From Chrysomallon squamiferum (Eukaryota > Animalia > Mollusca), in contig CM022671.1 in assembly GCA_012295275.1 (NCBI GenBank), forward strand, positions 36,208,001 through 36,272,000: 64,000 nucleotides of DNA, read 5' to 3'. Every line of letters starts with the position of its first letter. Position 1 is the stretch's first letter. The notes under the pieces were generated by a model. That model worked only from the letters and a program-made list of their open reading frames with translations. It ran no database searches and was not told where the DNA came from. Position numbers and translations under genes: made by a program. This document shows positions 20,740-33,100 of this stretch, one piece after another.

Positions 20740-21200
20740 TTTTGTACGTCACTGTAATTTTTTCCACAAATTAATAAGCATTAAAACAGAAGCAAGTTAT
20801 TTCGACCCAAGCTGTTTTCACCAGCTATTAATTTAATTAAAACTTTTTTCTCCAAATAGTCAGGCATGCCCCACAATTATACACAGCTAATACACTCAAA
20901 AATGCAAGATAGCCAATATATTTACAACAAAATGATGATGATTATGATGAGGATCTTTATTTACCGTTCTCATTTAAAATTCGAATGCACTAAAAGAAAA
21001 GGAGGAAATTTTGCTAAGGAAATATTGTGGAAACTAAATTCTGATTGGTCAAATAAAGTTTCTAGCAACAAATATGGCCGTTTTGGGAAAGAATTTGGAA
21101 TGTCAAAGTACCTTATTACCACATAACCATAAATTATTTCACTTTTTGAAAATAATACTTTAATACTGGAATATATAGGTAATAAAAATGTCACCAATAG
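20740..21200. promoter_or_regulatory. Putative bidirectional promoter GLTP/CFAP20DC with RFX X-box-like site and CCAAT box
   Basis: Head-to-head genes. CTGATTGGTC 21041-21050, GTTTCTAGCAAC 21058-21069. Candidate 5'UTR donor at 21201 and acceptor at 22179-22180. Confidence 0.5.
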
Positions 21201-21953
21201 GTAAAAAAAAGTCAATTATTGTCACTTAATGAATACTCATTCGAGCATATTTCAATCGATACACTTTTAACAGTTACAGTGTTGTTGTCTTTAATTCTGT
21301 TTGTTTCAATATCATAACATTTGTCATTTAATTTTATGCAGTATAACATGTATTTAGTTACATTCTTGCTACAAAAGAGGATGAAAGTTTAATTTTGCTG
21401 ATTACCGAATTATGTCCTGGATACTTAATAACTAATAAGTAAACTTAATCATCATATTCAATTACTTTTTTGATTTCAAGTACTTGAAGTAATATTTTAT
21501 TCAGGTTGTTTGCATAATCATACTGTTAATTAATCTTTATTTCTTACTAAATCACAAATTTGTATATTACAAATCTACTTTTGAAATACATAGTTTACGA
21601 TCATATTTTAAAATCACAGCAACAAAATTAATACATTTTTACAACACTTTTTAATATTAACATTAACTGAGTGTCAGATGTATGTTTTTTGTTCGATGTG
21701 AAAGAGAAAATGTATTGCCACTGCACTACTGATCACAACAATGGAGTTTTTGCATGAGCATTCATGCCACAGTAGAACATTTCACAGCCTTTAACAAGTC
21801 AAGCAATATACCACAATTAGACAGAAGTACATTTCTGTTGTAATTTTTCATTCTTCAGACATTAAAATTGAAATAGAACTTCCTCCAGCTTGTTGTCTTT
21901 TTGTACCCTTACAATTATTAATTATTAATCAGTTATTTTTCAGTAGGATAATT

Positions 21954-21956
<3 letters not shown>

Positions 21957-22005
<49 letters not shown>
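21957..22005. repeat. (GT)n microsatellite
   Basis: Seen directly. Confidence 0.9.
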
Positions 22006-22006
<1 letters not shown>

Positions 22007-22221
22007 TTACATACAATGCTTTTCCATACAATGTTTTTCATGCTATTTCAGTTTGAGTGCTAGTTACGAGGTGTTTCTGTGGTAGACTGGTTTTTTGACT
22101 GTATTGTGTTTGGGGGGTGGGGAATACAGTATTTTTAGTTATGATGTGGTATAGGATAAGAGATCTATTTTTATTTTCAGGTTAACATCAGCTGTGTTTA
22201 TCACCAGTGAAACAACAGAAC

Positions 22222-23291
22222 ATGTTCAAGAATGAATTCCAGGTAGCTCGTCATTTATAATACTTACATTAATACAAGTGTAATATTTATTTTAACATAG
22301 CTGTTAAATATTTATTTTAGCACAACAGTTAAATATTTGTATTATGGATAGATATTTAATGAACAAAGATTGTTGTCACATCATAAAGTATTCATATATC
22401 ATTTGTTTTACAGGGTGGTCCTTATTTTGAGGTGTTCAGCACACAGGGCAAAGATTCTACGTCAGGATGGAAAATGCCATCGTCAGGGTGCAGGAAGGTA
22501 ATAAAACATTTCTGTAATAAACAAATAAATTAATAAATAGTTATGTAGAAGATAAAATGTAAAGTAACTACAATAAACAAACAAATAATTATCAGAAGGT
22601 AATATATGAAGTAACTGTCGACATGTATATTAATATCAGAATAATTATGACAATTGTCAGTAGTACAGATATGATAATCGAGGTGTTTTTTCAGTAAAAT
22701 GTGTGTATCCATGTGACTTTGAAAATCTTTTTACAAAGCTTTCATCACTTTACTGTGTATTTGTTTATTACTTGTCTTGCATTTATTTTTATAAAAATAG
22801 AAAATAATCTCAAAGCTTGATGCTGGAGGTTAGGGGAAAAAAACCCAGGTAATTAATTCAAGAAAACAACAACAAAGAAATTAAATACATATATACATTT
22901 ATTTTTATTTTATTTATTTTTATTTCTGTTTGGTGAAATCTTTTCATCAATTTTGTTTTAGGTTTATGACAAGGAGGTCAAAGGTTATGTTTACATCTTA
23001 GAAGGAACATCAGCTACTACAAAAATGCATTTACCTAAAGACAGCCGAATTTCTTGTGAGTTGTGTTTTTTATAAATTAATGAATAAGATTAACTAAGTA
23101 AAATAAATTTGTAGTAATATTGTTATACTGAGGCAGATCTAGATAGATTTGTAATGAACTGTAAACATTAGAGGTTCATAAAAAAAAAATGTCAATGCAT
23201 AGAGGTAGGCACTGGGGATGGTGACCAAAATATCTATGTAATGCCTACCTCTATACATTGACATTTTTTTTTATCAACCTCTAATGTTTAC

Positions 23292-23322
<31 letters not shown>

Positions 23323-26300
23323 CTACACATAGAATATAATAGTCTATAACTGCAGATTCATAAGAAAGAGAAAGGTGATAATTTTATTTCAGAGTTAGTT
23401 TCTCTTATTTTCAGGTACCCTGGTACAGCATTTTCTTGTTCTTCAGCTCAATATTTTCTTGGGGAAAGAATTTTCTGTGGAACTGGGGTAAGTGTTTAAA
23501 CATAAAGTAATTTCATCTACATCTACTTCTTAGTGTCTTCCAATTCTTTACTTTCTTCTACATCTCCTTCTTAGTCTCTTCCAGTTCTTTACTTTCTTCT
23601 TCACTCTCTCCTGTACTTCCTTTTCTTCTTTCCCTTCTTTCTTTTTTTCCTTATTTTTATTCCTATTTCTTTTCTTTGCTTTTGTTTTTCTTTATCTTCA
23701 TTCCGTTATTATTTTCAAATCATAGAACATTACCATTATGAAATAAAACATCAACATTTTTCTGCTATTTATTGTAAAATAATCTAAGTGAAATCTAAAT
23801 GTCTCAGTTGTTATTCATAAAGTTTCTTTTAAAATTATTGTGGGAAAAAAAGATTATTTTTATTATTTAGAATGACAAAAGAAGAAGTTTTATCTTGTGC
23901 CTTTATTACTATTATTATTACAAACAAAGAAGTATTGTGTTGTACTTATTAGTGTCAGTGACTTGGGAAATAACAAGAGAAGGATTTTTCTGTCTACGTC
24001 ACAGAAAGAAATCAGTATTACTCCTCTTCACGCTAAAATTCCTCTCACCATTGTTCACAGAAATCTGGTAAGTTTAAAAATAAATTTAAAAATATTTCTT
24101 TGATTAAAGCTGTTGTTAATTTAACTTTCTGACACATTGTAACTTTGTTATCGCAGGAATGTCAACTCAAGTGATCAAAAGATAAGATGAAGTAAATAAG
24201 TAAATGAATAAATTAATTAATGAATTAATAATAAATAATGTTGTATTGAAAATAATTAAATGCACCTTAAATTATATTTTAATTGTTATAATTATAGAAA
24301 TCTATTTTAATTTGCAAAACTCCCAAAACAAAAACTGTTTACGAATGTAAGTATATATGTAAACTGGGGAAGACTTATATTTGAAATAAAAACTAATTAT
24401 TTATTTGAATATACTTAAAACAAACCTGAACTGAGCTGTGAGATGTGTTACCGTTTGTTGTTTTCAGTGGTTAAACCTGTGTTTTGACATGCTGTCACTT
24501 GTTGGGGACACGTGGAAGGGACAGACGTACAGAGCTATTGAAAGTATCACCGTGTCTGCAAACTGTAAGATCAGACGAATATTTACAATGAAAGTTCAGC
24601 CCCCTGACACAACTGATGATGATGGTAAAACAATTTTTACAAAAATAAATAAGTAAATTAATTAATAACAAATATCTGTAATAGTTCTAAAATTACATTT
24701 TATAAAAATGAAAAACAAAATAATAATAATATAAAAAATATTTCATTTAACTGATTTTGCGTAATGATTTGTATTAAAAAAAAATGTATGTTTTAGGAAA
24801 TGGGTAATTAATAATATGTTTTGTTTTGACAAATGAGTAGTTATAATAAAAATATTTCTTTCATAGATAAATCTTTGTATGTTTATTTATTTATTTGTTC
24901 AATGTTTGTTTTTTGTGTTTTTTTAATTTATATTGTATATAATATTACTCTATAATTAAATTAATTTTGTTGTTCACGTTAAAGATAGGTTTATGTGAGG
25001 AGTGTTTACATAGCTGTGGTTGTTGTAATGTAAACAATGTTTACAAAATTCAGTGGTTTGAGGTGTAAACATTCTGTTTACAGAGTTGTATGGTTGTTGT
25101 GATGTAAACACAGAGGAACTGGAAGCTATTCCAAAACAGTGTCAACTTTCTAACGATGTGACACAGGCCACACAAGTAAGTAAAAATTTTAAATTGTCAG
25201 CTTGTTATTAATGTAAATGTTACTATTTATTGTGCATGCAAAATGTATAAACACTCATGGACATGATCACACACACGCGCACACACACACAAAAGAAAAG
25301 ACACACCAACACATAAACACACACACTTACATATATACACACAAACATACAGCAAACATAGAGATCCAACAAACAAACTCACACACACATTCAAAGGTTT
25401 TATCTCATATTTGTATTAGTTATAATAAATAAATTTGCATATTTATTTAGTTTTCTTTTGATTACAGGTCCTGACGATAAATAAAATTCGGCACTGTGAC
25501 AGATCAAAAGGGGACACATCGAGACCTCTGTCTACCCTGGATTTATCTAATCTAGGTATGTTCACCATGTTTTTATTTTATAAAAGTCATTAACTGAGTA
25601 CAAGAACTGATGTAGTCATTGTGTTAAAGTGTTTCTCAGAATGAAAGATAAAATAAACAATTTTTTTAATTTCTATTTTCTCAGACGGCAGTGCTAACAG
25701 TGGCAGGAAGTCATCAGTGACAGACAGCAACTACCACATCGCATTCGGTTCTAAAGTGCCTGTCCCAGAACACACTCGAAAAATAAATCAACTGGTACTA
25801 ACTCACTGTTTGTTCTTTTTCATGTTTTATTATTATTATTATTATTATTTTGTTTTGATTTGATTTTTGTTGTTGTTGTTATTGTTTTGTTTTTCAGTTT
25901 CACACACACACACACACACTCACAAATTCAGAAACACACACATATATAGCCACAAATGCTGACACCAAAATTTACATCCAAATTGATTTTCATTTTGGTG
26001 AAAAGTAAACATACATTTCAAATTTTGGTTTAGTCTGATTTTTTATTCAGATTGTTAAAACGCTTTCACAGGTTTTTGAGTTTACAAATTTTAACATTGA
26101 AATAAAGTTGTATTTTGTTTGCCCGTATTTTTATGTAGATATATTTTAAATCTAAGAAATAAACTACTGTTTTGTTTATTTTAAAAGGTTTCTTTTTTTT
26201 TAGTATATTTTAACTTTTATAACTGATTTTTATTTATTATTATTTTTGTTAATTTATTTATTTATTTTTTATTTATTTATTTTTTATTTTTTATTTTTTT

Positions 26301-29300
26301 AACAGGGCAACACAACTAGTAGAAGTATTAGATCTCTGTCTTCTAGGATTGATGGTAAAATTTATGTATATCTACTGTTTTTCAATTCAGTCTTAACACT
26401 GAATAAATATTCTAACACAATATATTTGGTTTAAAGGTCACCCAGTGATATAATATGTACATTAACTTAAAACTAAAAAACAATAAGTTTTAAATAAAGT
26501 AATAAAATTTGTTTAGAGTCTGTTTTGATGTTTGTTACTTGTGTGTAATTTTGCCACTTCCAGAGGGCTTTGGCAGTGACCTGGTTGGGTCCAGTATTAC
26601 AAGTCAGGATGGATTCCACTCAATCAGATCCACTCAGAGTGCAGCCATCCAGCATCCAGTCTCATCCAGTCACCACCACCAGCATCCTGATCCAGTTACA
26701 GCAGACGACAACGACACGACACAAAGTGAAAGTAAAACATTTTGTGTTTTGATGTAACACAAAGTGAAAGTAAAAAATTTTGTGTTTTGATTTAACACAA
26801 AGTGAAAGTACAGATTTTAGTACTTTTGAAAGAACAAAATAATAGAATATTTTTTATAGTTTTTTTTATTGTATTTCAGACAAGTTAAATTGCAGTTAAA
26901 TTAAATATTTGTTTTCTTACATTGCTTAGAGGTGTTTCTGATGTAATTGTTTTATATTCAGCTTTACAGGATCATGTGGTGGCACCCCACCCCCCTCACG
27001 TCCCCTCCTCAGACAGACTGAGGAGAAGACCAAGGGTGAAGAATTCTGTGTTACACAAGGACAGACAGACAAGTGCTGGGAGAGGTAGGCATCACCATGG
27101 TTACAGCTGAGTAATATCACCACACTTTGATATTAAAATGATGATGTTATCATTCATGTACATCTTGTATATTCCGCTTCTGTTAATTATACATGAGCAC
27201 TGTTTGGAATAGGAAATACAGTGACTTGCGAACCCAAATGACATTTGTTCAGCTAAAAATCATATTTTAAATCTTTGTAATGTTTAACATTTAGTTATTA
27301 TTATTATTATTAGTATTAGTAATATTTGTAGTATTTATTTGTTCACAGATGAAGTGGTCAGTGAAACTGGAACTGCAAACGGTCAGTTGTGTTACCGGAC
27401 AGTCAGCGTGGACAGTCTGACATCTGACTCCAGTAACACCCAGGCAGGGGGGGACACCCAGACAGACAGAGCAGTGAACAGCAGAGGTGTGAGACAACCT
27501 CCCCCTGCTCCTAACAGAGAGACAAAAGCCCTGCCCAGTTTACAGAGTTCCAGACTGGCTCCAGCGTCAAGCAGACTGCGCAGTTCTAAAGAGATGGGAG
27601 TGGGACCTGACGTCCCAGAAATTCAGAAACCCCAGAGTGGTTAGTGTGTGCAGCAGTGAAATGTTCACGTTTTGGTTTTTAGAATTAATATTATTTTTGA
27701 ACTGTTTATAATATAGAAATATTGTATGAAATTTGTAAAAAGGAATTAGTATACTGCACAAATACTTTAAAAAGAATTTATGTATTATATCAATTTTTTT
27801 TTTAAAATTATTAAATTGTGTTGTATTCATTTTTAAAAAGTTTATAAATTATTGTAGAATTTTTTTAAAGGCAGTTAAATATAATTTTAAATGTTGAAAA
27901 AAAAAAAAAAAGAATGTTGGACTGGAAAACTGAATAGACCAGAAACACATTTTGATAAAAGTAGTTTTGTCTAGATGACAAATTCTTATAGTGGAACTGA
28001 ACTTGCTTTAGAGTCAGACATTTATTTGTGTGTCATTTACTTGTGTGTCATTCCATGTATCAGTTTGTAGTACAGTTGTTGTTAGAAATGTTTATTATGT
28101 GTTTCAGTGAGTTTTTATTTTAGTAGTACAAATGTGTGTTTCAGTAGTACAGATGTTGTAACTGTGTGTTTCAGTAGTACAGATGTTGTAACTGTGTGTT
28201 TCAGTAGTACAGATGTGATAACTGTGTGTTTCAGTAGTACAGATGTGATAACTGTGTGTTTCAGTAGTACAGATGTGATAACTGTGTGTTTCAGTAGTAC
28301 AGATGTGATAACTGTGTGTTTCAGTAGTACAGATGTGATAACTGTGTGTTTCAGTAGTACAGATGTGATAACTGTGTGTTTCAGTAGTACAGATGTGATA
28401 ACTGTGTGTTTCAGTAGTACAGATGTGATAACTGTGTGTTTCAGTAGTACAGATGTTGTAATTGTGTGTTTCAGTAGTACAGATGTTGTAATTGTGTGTT
28501 TCAGTAGTACAGATGTGATAACTGTGTGTTTCAGTAGTACAGATGTGATAATTGTGTGTTTAATGTTGTAATGTGTGTGTTTCAGTAGTACAGATGTTGT
28601 AATTGTGTGTTTCAGTAGTACAGATGTTGTAATTGTGTGTTTCAGTAGTACCGATGTGATAATTGTGTGTTTCAGTAGTACAGATGTGATAACTGTGTGT
28701 TTCAGTAGTACAGATGTTGTAATTGTGTGTTTCAGTAGTACAGATGTGATAATTGTGTGTTTCAGTAGTACAGATGTGATAACTGTGTGTTTCAGTAGTA
28801 CAGATGTTGTAATTGTGTGTTTCAGTAGTACAGATGTGATAATTGTGTGTTTCAGTAGTACAGATGTGATAACTGTGTGTTTCAGTAGTACAGATGTTGT
28901 AATTGTGTGTTTCAGTAGTACAGATGTTGTAATTGTGTGTTTCAGTAGTACAGATGTGATAACTGTGTGTTTCAGTAGTACAGATGTGATAATTGTGTGT
29001 TTCAGTAGTACAGATGTGATAATTGTGTGTTTCAGTAGTACAGATGTTGTAATTGTGTGTTTCAGTAGTACAGATGTGATAATTGTGTGTTTCAGTAGTA
29101 CAGATGTGATAATTGTGTGTTTCAGTAGTACAGATGTTGTAATTGTGTGTTTCAGTGAATGACTCAGTGAGTCATGTAATTGGACTGTTGAATGACAAAG
29201 CTGACAGTTCAGACAGCAGTTCAGATTCTGACGACAGAAACTCACAGCCAGGAGAATATGAAGACAGTGAGGAGTAAGATATTTTGTTTTTTTCTAATTT

Positions 29301-32300
29301 TACTGTCAGCTCTTTCTATCATTATAAATTATTTATAAAACATTGCGTTTGAAATTAATAATTGTATTGTTATTATTTATTAGTAGTAAAAAAAAAAAAA
29401 CATAAAAAAATCCTCCAACAACTATAAATATGTTCAACACATTCCTGGTAGCAAATATTTGTCATATAAATACAAATTATGGTTAGAAATATACAAGAGT
29501 ACACAATGGAAAAAATAAAATAGAAAAATAAATAAAATCTTTGCATATTTTTTAGCATTTTCTATCCCTGTATATTTATGACATATTCACATTTTATAGA
29601 AATAATTTTGTCCAAATATTCCACTTTTCTTCAAATTTAAAAATGAATGATGTTAATAAAAGAAGAATCTGAGTTATTTCTAAACTTGATTTCTCTGACA
29701 TTTTCTGATTACAGAGAGGACAGGTGTTCAGACAGCAGGTTACATGTATTTGCCTCAAAACCAACCAAAGCTCCACTAAGGATCCGATCACCTGGTACAG
29801 ACACTGGACAGGTAGATATTAATTATTACCTGTGTGTAAATCTAGGTATGCAGACACTGGACAGGTAGATATTAATTATTACCTGTGTGTAAATCTAGGT
29901 ATGCAGACACTGGACAGGTATATATTAATTATTACCTGTGTGTAAGTCTAGGTGTACAGACACTGGACAGGTAGATAATAATTATTACCTGTGTTTAAAT
30001 CTAGGGTATTCAGACACTGGACAGGTAAATATTTATTATTACCTTTGTATAAATCTTGTGTAGTATTTTTTGTGAGTGGACAGATTTGTTTCGTTTTGTT
30101 TAGGAAAACTTAAAAATTTCATCAAAATGTTCATGTGTTTATTGCTGGTATGTGTAATTTTTGTTATATATAAACTTAGATGTTTACAGTATTCTCACAT
30201 TTTCTGTAAATAAACAAGTAAAATTGTAATTTTCTCAGAAGAAGATTAGCAGTGTTATCAGGCTGAGCAGGTCACAGGTGAGAGGAGCTCAACCGGAAAA
30301 TGATTTCTGGTCCAGCAGTGAGGAGGAGGAGATGCACGGCAAGGGCTGGAAGTCCAACTCTCGTCCTCACAGTGGCACGTCCAGCACTGGAGCCAGTCCC
30401 AAAACCAACATCAGATCAGCTGGGTCACATGGCAGGGCGGGGTCGGGCAGTCACAGCAGAGGTGGTTCAGGGAGGGGAGGATCAGGAAGCAAGAATCGTG
30501 GGGATGGAGACAGTAGAGAGATTAATGATGATGTTAAAGTAAAGATTCCCATGTCAATTCCAAAACAGTTGAGTGTCAGTCCTGATCACAAACACTTCAA
30601 CCCAGCTCTGTACACGTCCAGCATGTCCAGTGTTGTGTCCATCAGTCGGTCGTCGGTCAGAGAAATTCCAAAAACAGACGCCCGCTTATCACAAGCTGCA
30701 GACGTGAGTTGATTATCATTTTTATTATTGAATTTGTGTTAACTCTTTGACTGAATTTTAAATTTCTTTAATAATTCAGTGAACAAAATATTGTGCCTAA
30801 TTGATTTAATATAAATGTATCAGTTTGGCAGGATTAATGCCTGTCTCTGTAATAGATAACCTGTCTGCCACATTATTTTTAGAATTCCTGCCTAGTGTAA
30901 GAACTTTGTTCTCTTAGTTTATTAAACCAGTTTGTAAAATAGTAAGAAAAGACAGATAATTTGTCATGTTTCAGAGGCCGTACGACGTGTCACGCTATCA
31001 GATGGCTGATGTGACAGACAGTTTTGAGGCAAAGATGTTACAGAGCATGCAGAGACAGGAAGAGGACAGGAGTCCAGACTCTCCTAGGAAGGAGTTCAGT
31101 TTGTTTCACAACAGTCCACGCAGGCTTCGGCCACTGGACCAGTTAAATCCACACATCCACAGCGAGTCTCCAGCAACTACGAGTGATGACGACACAAGTT
31201 TCAGTACTTGGAAAGCTCCTGTGAGTTTTTATCATTCAGTCTGTCTTGCAGTTTCTCTCTTCATTTCATTTCTCTTTCCCTTTTTCGTTTTATTCTGTTA
31301 TAACATTTTTTTTTTTGTCCTCTTTTGTGTCAGAAAACTGGGTCTGTTTAATGTGTTTATTTTTGTTTGTTTTGTTGCATTTTCAAAATTAAATTTTTAT
31401 TTTTATTTTTTATTAAAGATTTTGTATGTGCATGTGTGTGTGTGTGTATTTGTTTTCTAGTGGATTGTTTTGTTGATTTTTTCCCATGTGAAAACTGTTA
31501 TATAATATGCACTAAATCAGACCATGCACTGAATGTATATATTATTTTTACCTTTTATTATTCATTGGAAATTATAATTTTAAAACAGATGCTAAAGAAA
31601 TTTATTGTTTTATTTTTTTATTATAAACTAACTGATATTTTAGAAAAATAATTTACCTTAAGTTTATATTTTCATTAAAATACAATAATTTCACTGACAT
31701 TTTATTTCTAAAAACACTTATAACTGTTTGTAAAATCAGGCAGCGAATGAGAAATGTCACAACTACCAGGATGAGATGAAATCTCGGCTGAGCAGTGACA
31801 CTCTGACTTCCTCCAATCCCAGGTAACATTCTCATTTTTTCCTGTTCTAGACATCATCCCCAAACAACAGAAACAACAAGACACAACAGATATATATATA
31901 TATATGTACAACACACATATGATGATTCTCAGTATATACAACACATACATGTAATGTGTACACACACAGTCTTTCATGTGAATTAGATTTGTGTTTGGGG
32001 CTATCTTATCTTTGATACTGAGGTATGTAAAAGAATTAACAGGTGATGTTTGTGTTTGGGGCTATCTTATCTTTGATACTGAGGTATGTAAAAGAATTAA
32101 CAAGTGATGTTTGTGTGTGGGGCTGTCTTATCTTTGATACTGAAGTATGTAAAAGAATTAACAGGTGATGTTTGTGTGTGGGGCTGTCTGTGATACTGAA
32201 GTATGTAAAAGAATTAACAGGTGATGTTTGTGTTGACAGAGACTGGAGTGGAGGGATTTTCAGTCCACCAATAAACTTTCCTAATGTAGGAGATTTACAG

Positions 32301-32911
32301 AACACGGCCACATCAGACGACCTGAGTGAGAGCAACCTGTCCCCTCGGAAAACAGCCAGCAGTGAGTTTCATTCAGCAAGTATTTACATTACACAAACAA
32401 ATCTCTTACATCTTCACACAATAGTTCTGAAAAAGTACTCGTATCAAAATAAAAAAAAAAAAATTAAAGAAATGCTGAATGATAAACAATTTTTGATTTT
32501 TATAATCAGATTAAACTAATGAAAGAAAAATAATTTCACACACAAATTCAAGGATCTGTTTTCTTGTTTGTAATGGAAGGATTAATCATTTAGAACCTGT
32601 TGTATTTTGTGCAGGATGTCACAGAAATAAGCTAAAATGTAGTTTTTAGTCATTCTTTACACATTTTACATGTTATTTTAATCTGATTTGTGTATATTCT
32701 GTTTATGCACATATTGTAACATTATAATTTTAGAACTACATTAGCTATTAGTTGGTGTTTTGTTGCATGTAACGTTTTTGTTTCAGACTCGCAAGGTGAG
32801 GTAGTGAAATACACAGATTCTAATGAAGAGGAACTAAATTTGTTGTTTGACTCCTCACTCAACTGTTACTACGACCCCAAAACTCACAAGTATTATGAGC
32901 TGGCCTCATGA
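22222..32911 (+). CDS. CFAP20DC: CFAP20 domain-containing protein (C3orf67 homolog)
   Basis: Exons 22222-22242, 22414-22497, 22962-23055, 23415-23487, 23953-24067, 24468-24624, 25084-25175, 25468-25555, 25685-25794, 26306-26354, 26564-26731, 26962-27084, 27349-27639, 29156-29273, 29715-29811, 30239-30703, 30975-31220, 31740-31822, 32240-32361, 32787-32911. N-terminal CFAP20 domain ([58 protein letters not shown]), [14 protein letters not shown], and C-terminal [23 protein letters not shown]. Confidence 0.92.
23161..23291. mobile_element. Fold-back / MITE-like element with ~50-bp inverted arms
   Basis: Arm 23161-23211 (GTAAACATTAGAGGTT..GTCAATGCATAGAGGTAGGCA) is the near-perfect reverse complement of 23242-23291. 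30-bp spacer; followed by (TA)n. No clear TSD. Confidence 0.55.
26719..26810 (+). repeat. 38-bp tandem repeat spanning a CFAP20DC donor
   Basis: ACACAAAGTGAAA|GTA occurs at 26719, 26757 and 26795. Confidence 0.85.
28098..29155 (+). repeat. 30-bp minisatellite (~35 copies) ending at a CFAP20DC acceptor
   Basis: Unit TGTGTGTTTCAGTAGTACAGATGTGATAAC; the last TTTCAG (29150-29155) is the real acceptor of exon 29156-29273. Confidence 0.95.
29798..30055 (+). repeat. 53-bp tandem repeat (5 copies) spanning a CFAP20DC donor
   Basis: CAGACACTGGACAG|GTAGATATTAATTATTACCTGTGTGTAAATCTAGGTATG starts at 29798, 29851, 29904, 29957 and 30011. Confidence 0.93.
31988..32239 (+). repeat. ~60-bp tandem repeat (4 copies) running into a CFAP20DC acceptor
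   Basis: Unit GTTTGTGTTTGGGGCTATCTTATCTTTGATACTGAGGTATGTAAAAGAATTAACAGGTGAT; the final partial unit leads into TGACAG 32234-32239. Confidence 0.9.
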
Positions 32912-32964
32912 GTGATACAGACACACACACACACAGACATACAGACTCACAACTCTTGTTTAAG

Positions 32965-33100
32965 TCAAACATCAGTGAGATATTTATTTAAATCAAACGT
33001 CAGTGAGATATTTACGTCAGATTTATATAAAACTTCAGTGAGATGTTTATATAAAACAAGAGAGACACATTTATATAAAACTTCAGTGAGACATATTTAA
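32965..33100 (+). repeat. Degenerate short tandem repeat in the CFAP20DC 3'UTR
   Basis: AAAC(A/G/T)TCAGTGAGAYATTTA-like unit repeated about 4-5 times. Confidence 0.7.

Noticed and set aside
28107-29245. Long ORFs on both strands ([10 protein letters not shown] and [10 protein letters not shown] repeats)
   Set aside because: By-product of a stop-free 30-bp minisatellite inside a CFAP20DC intron; no start context or domain.
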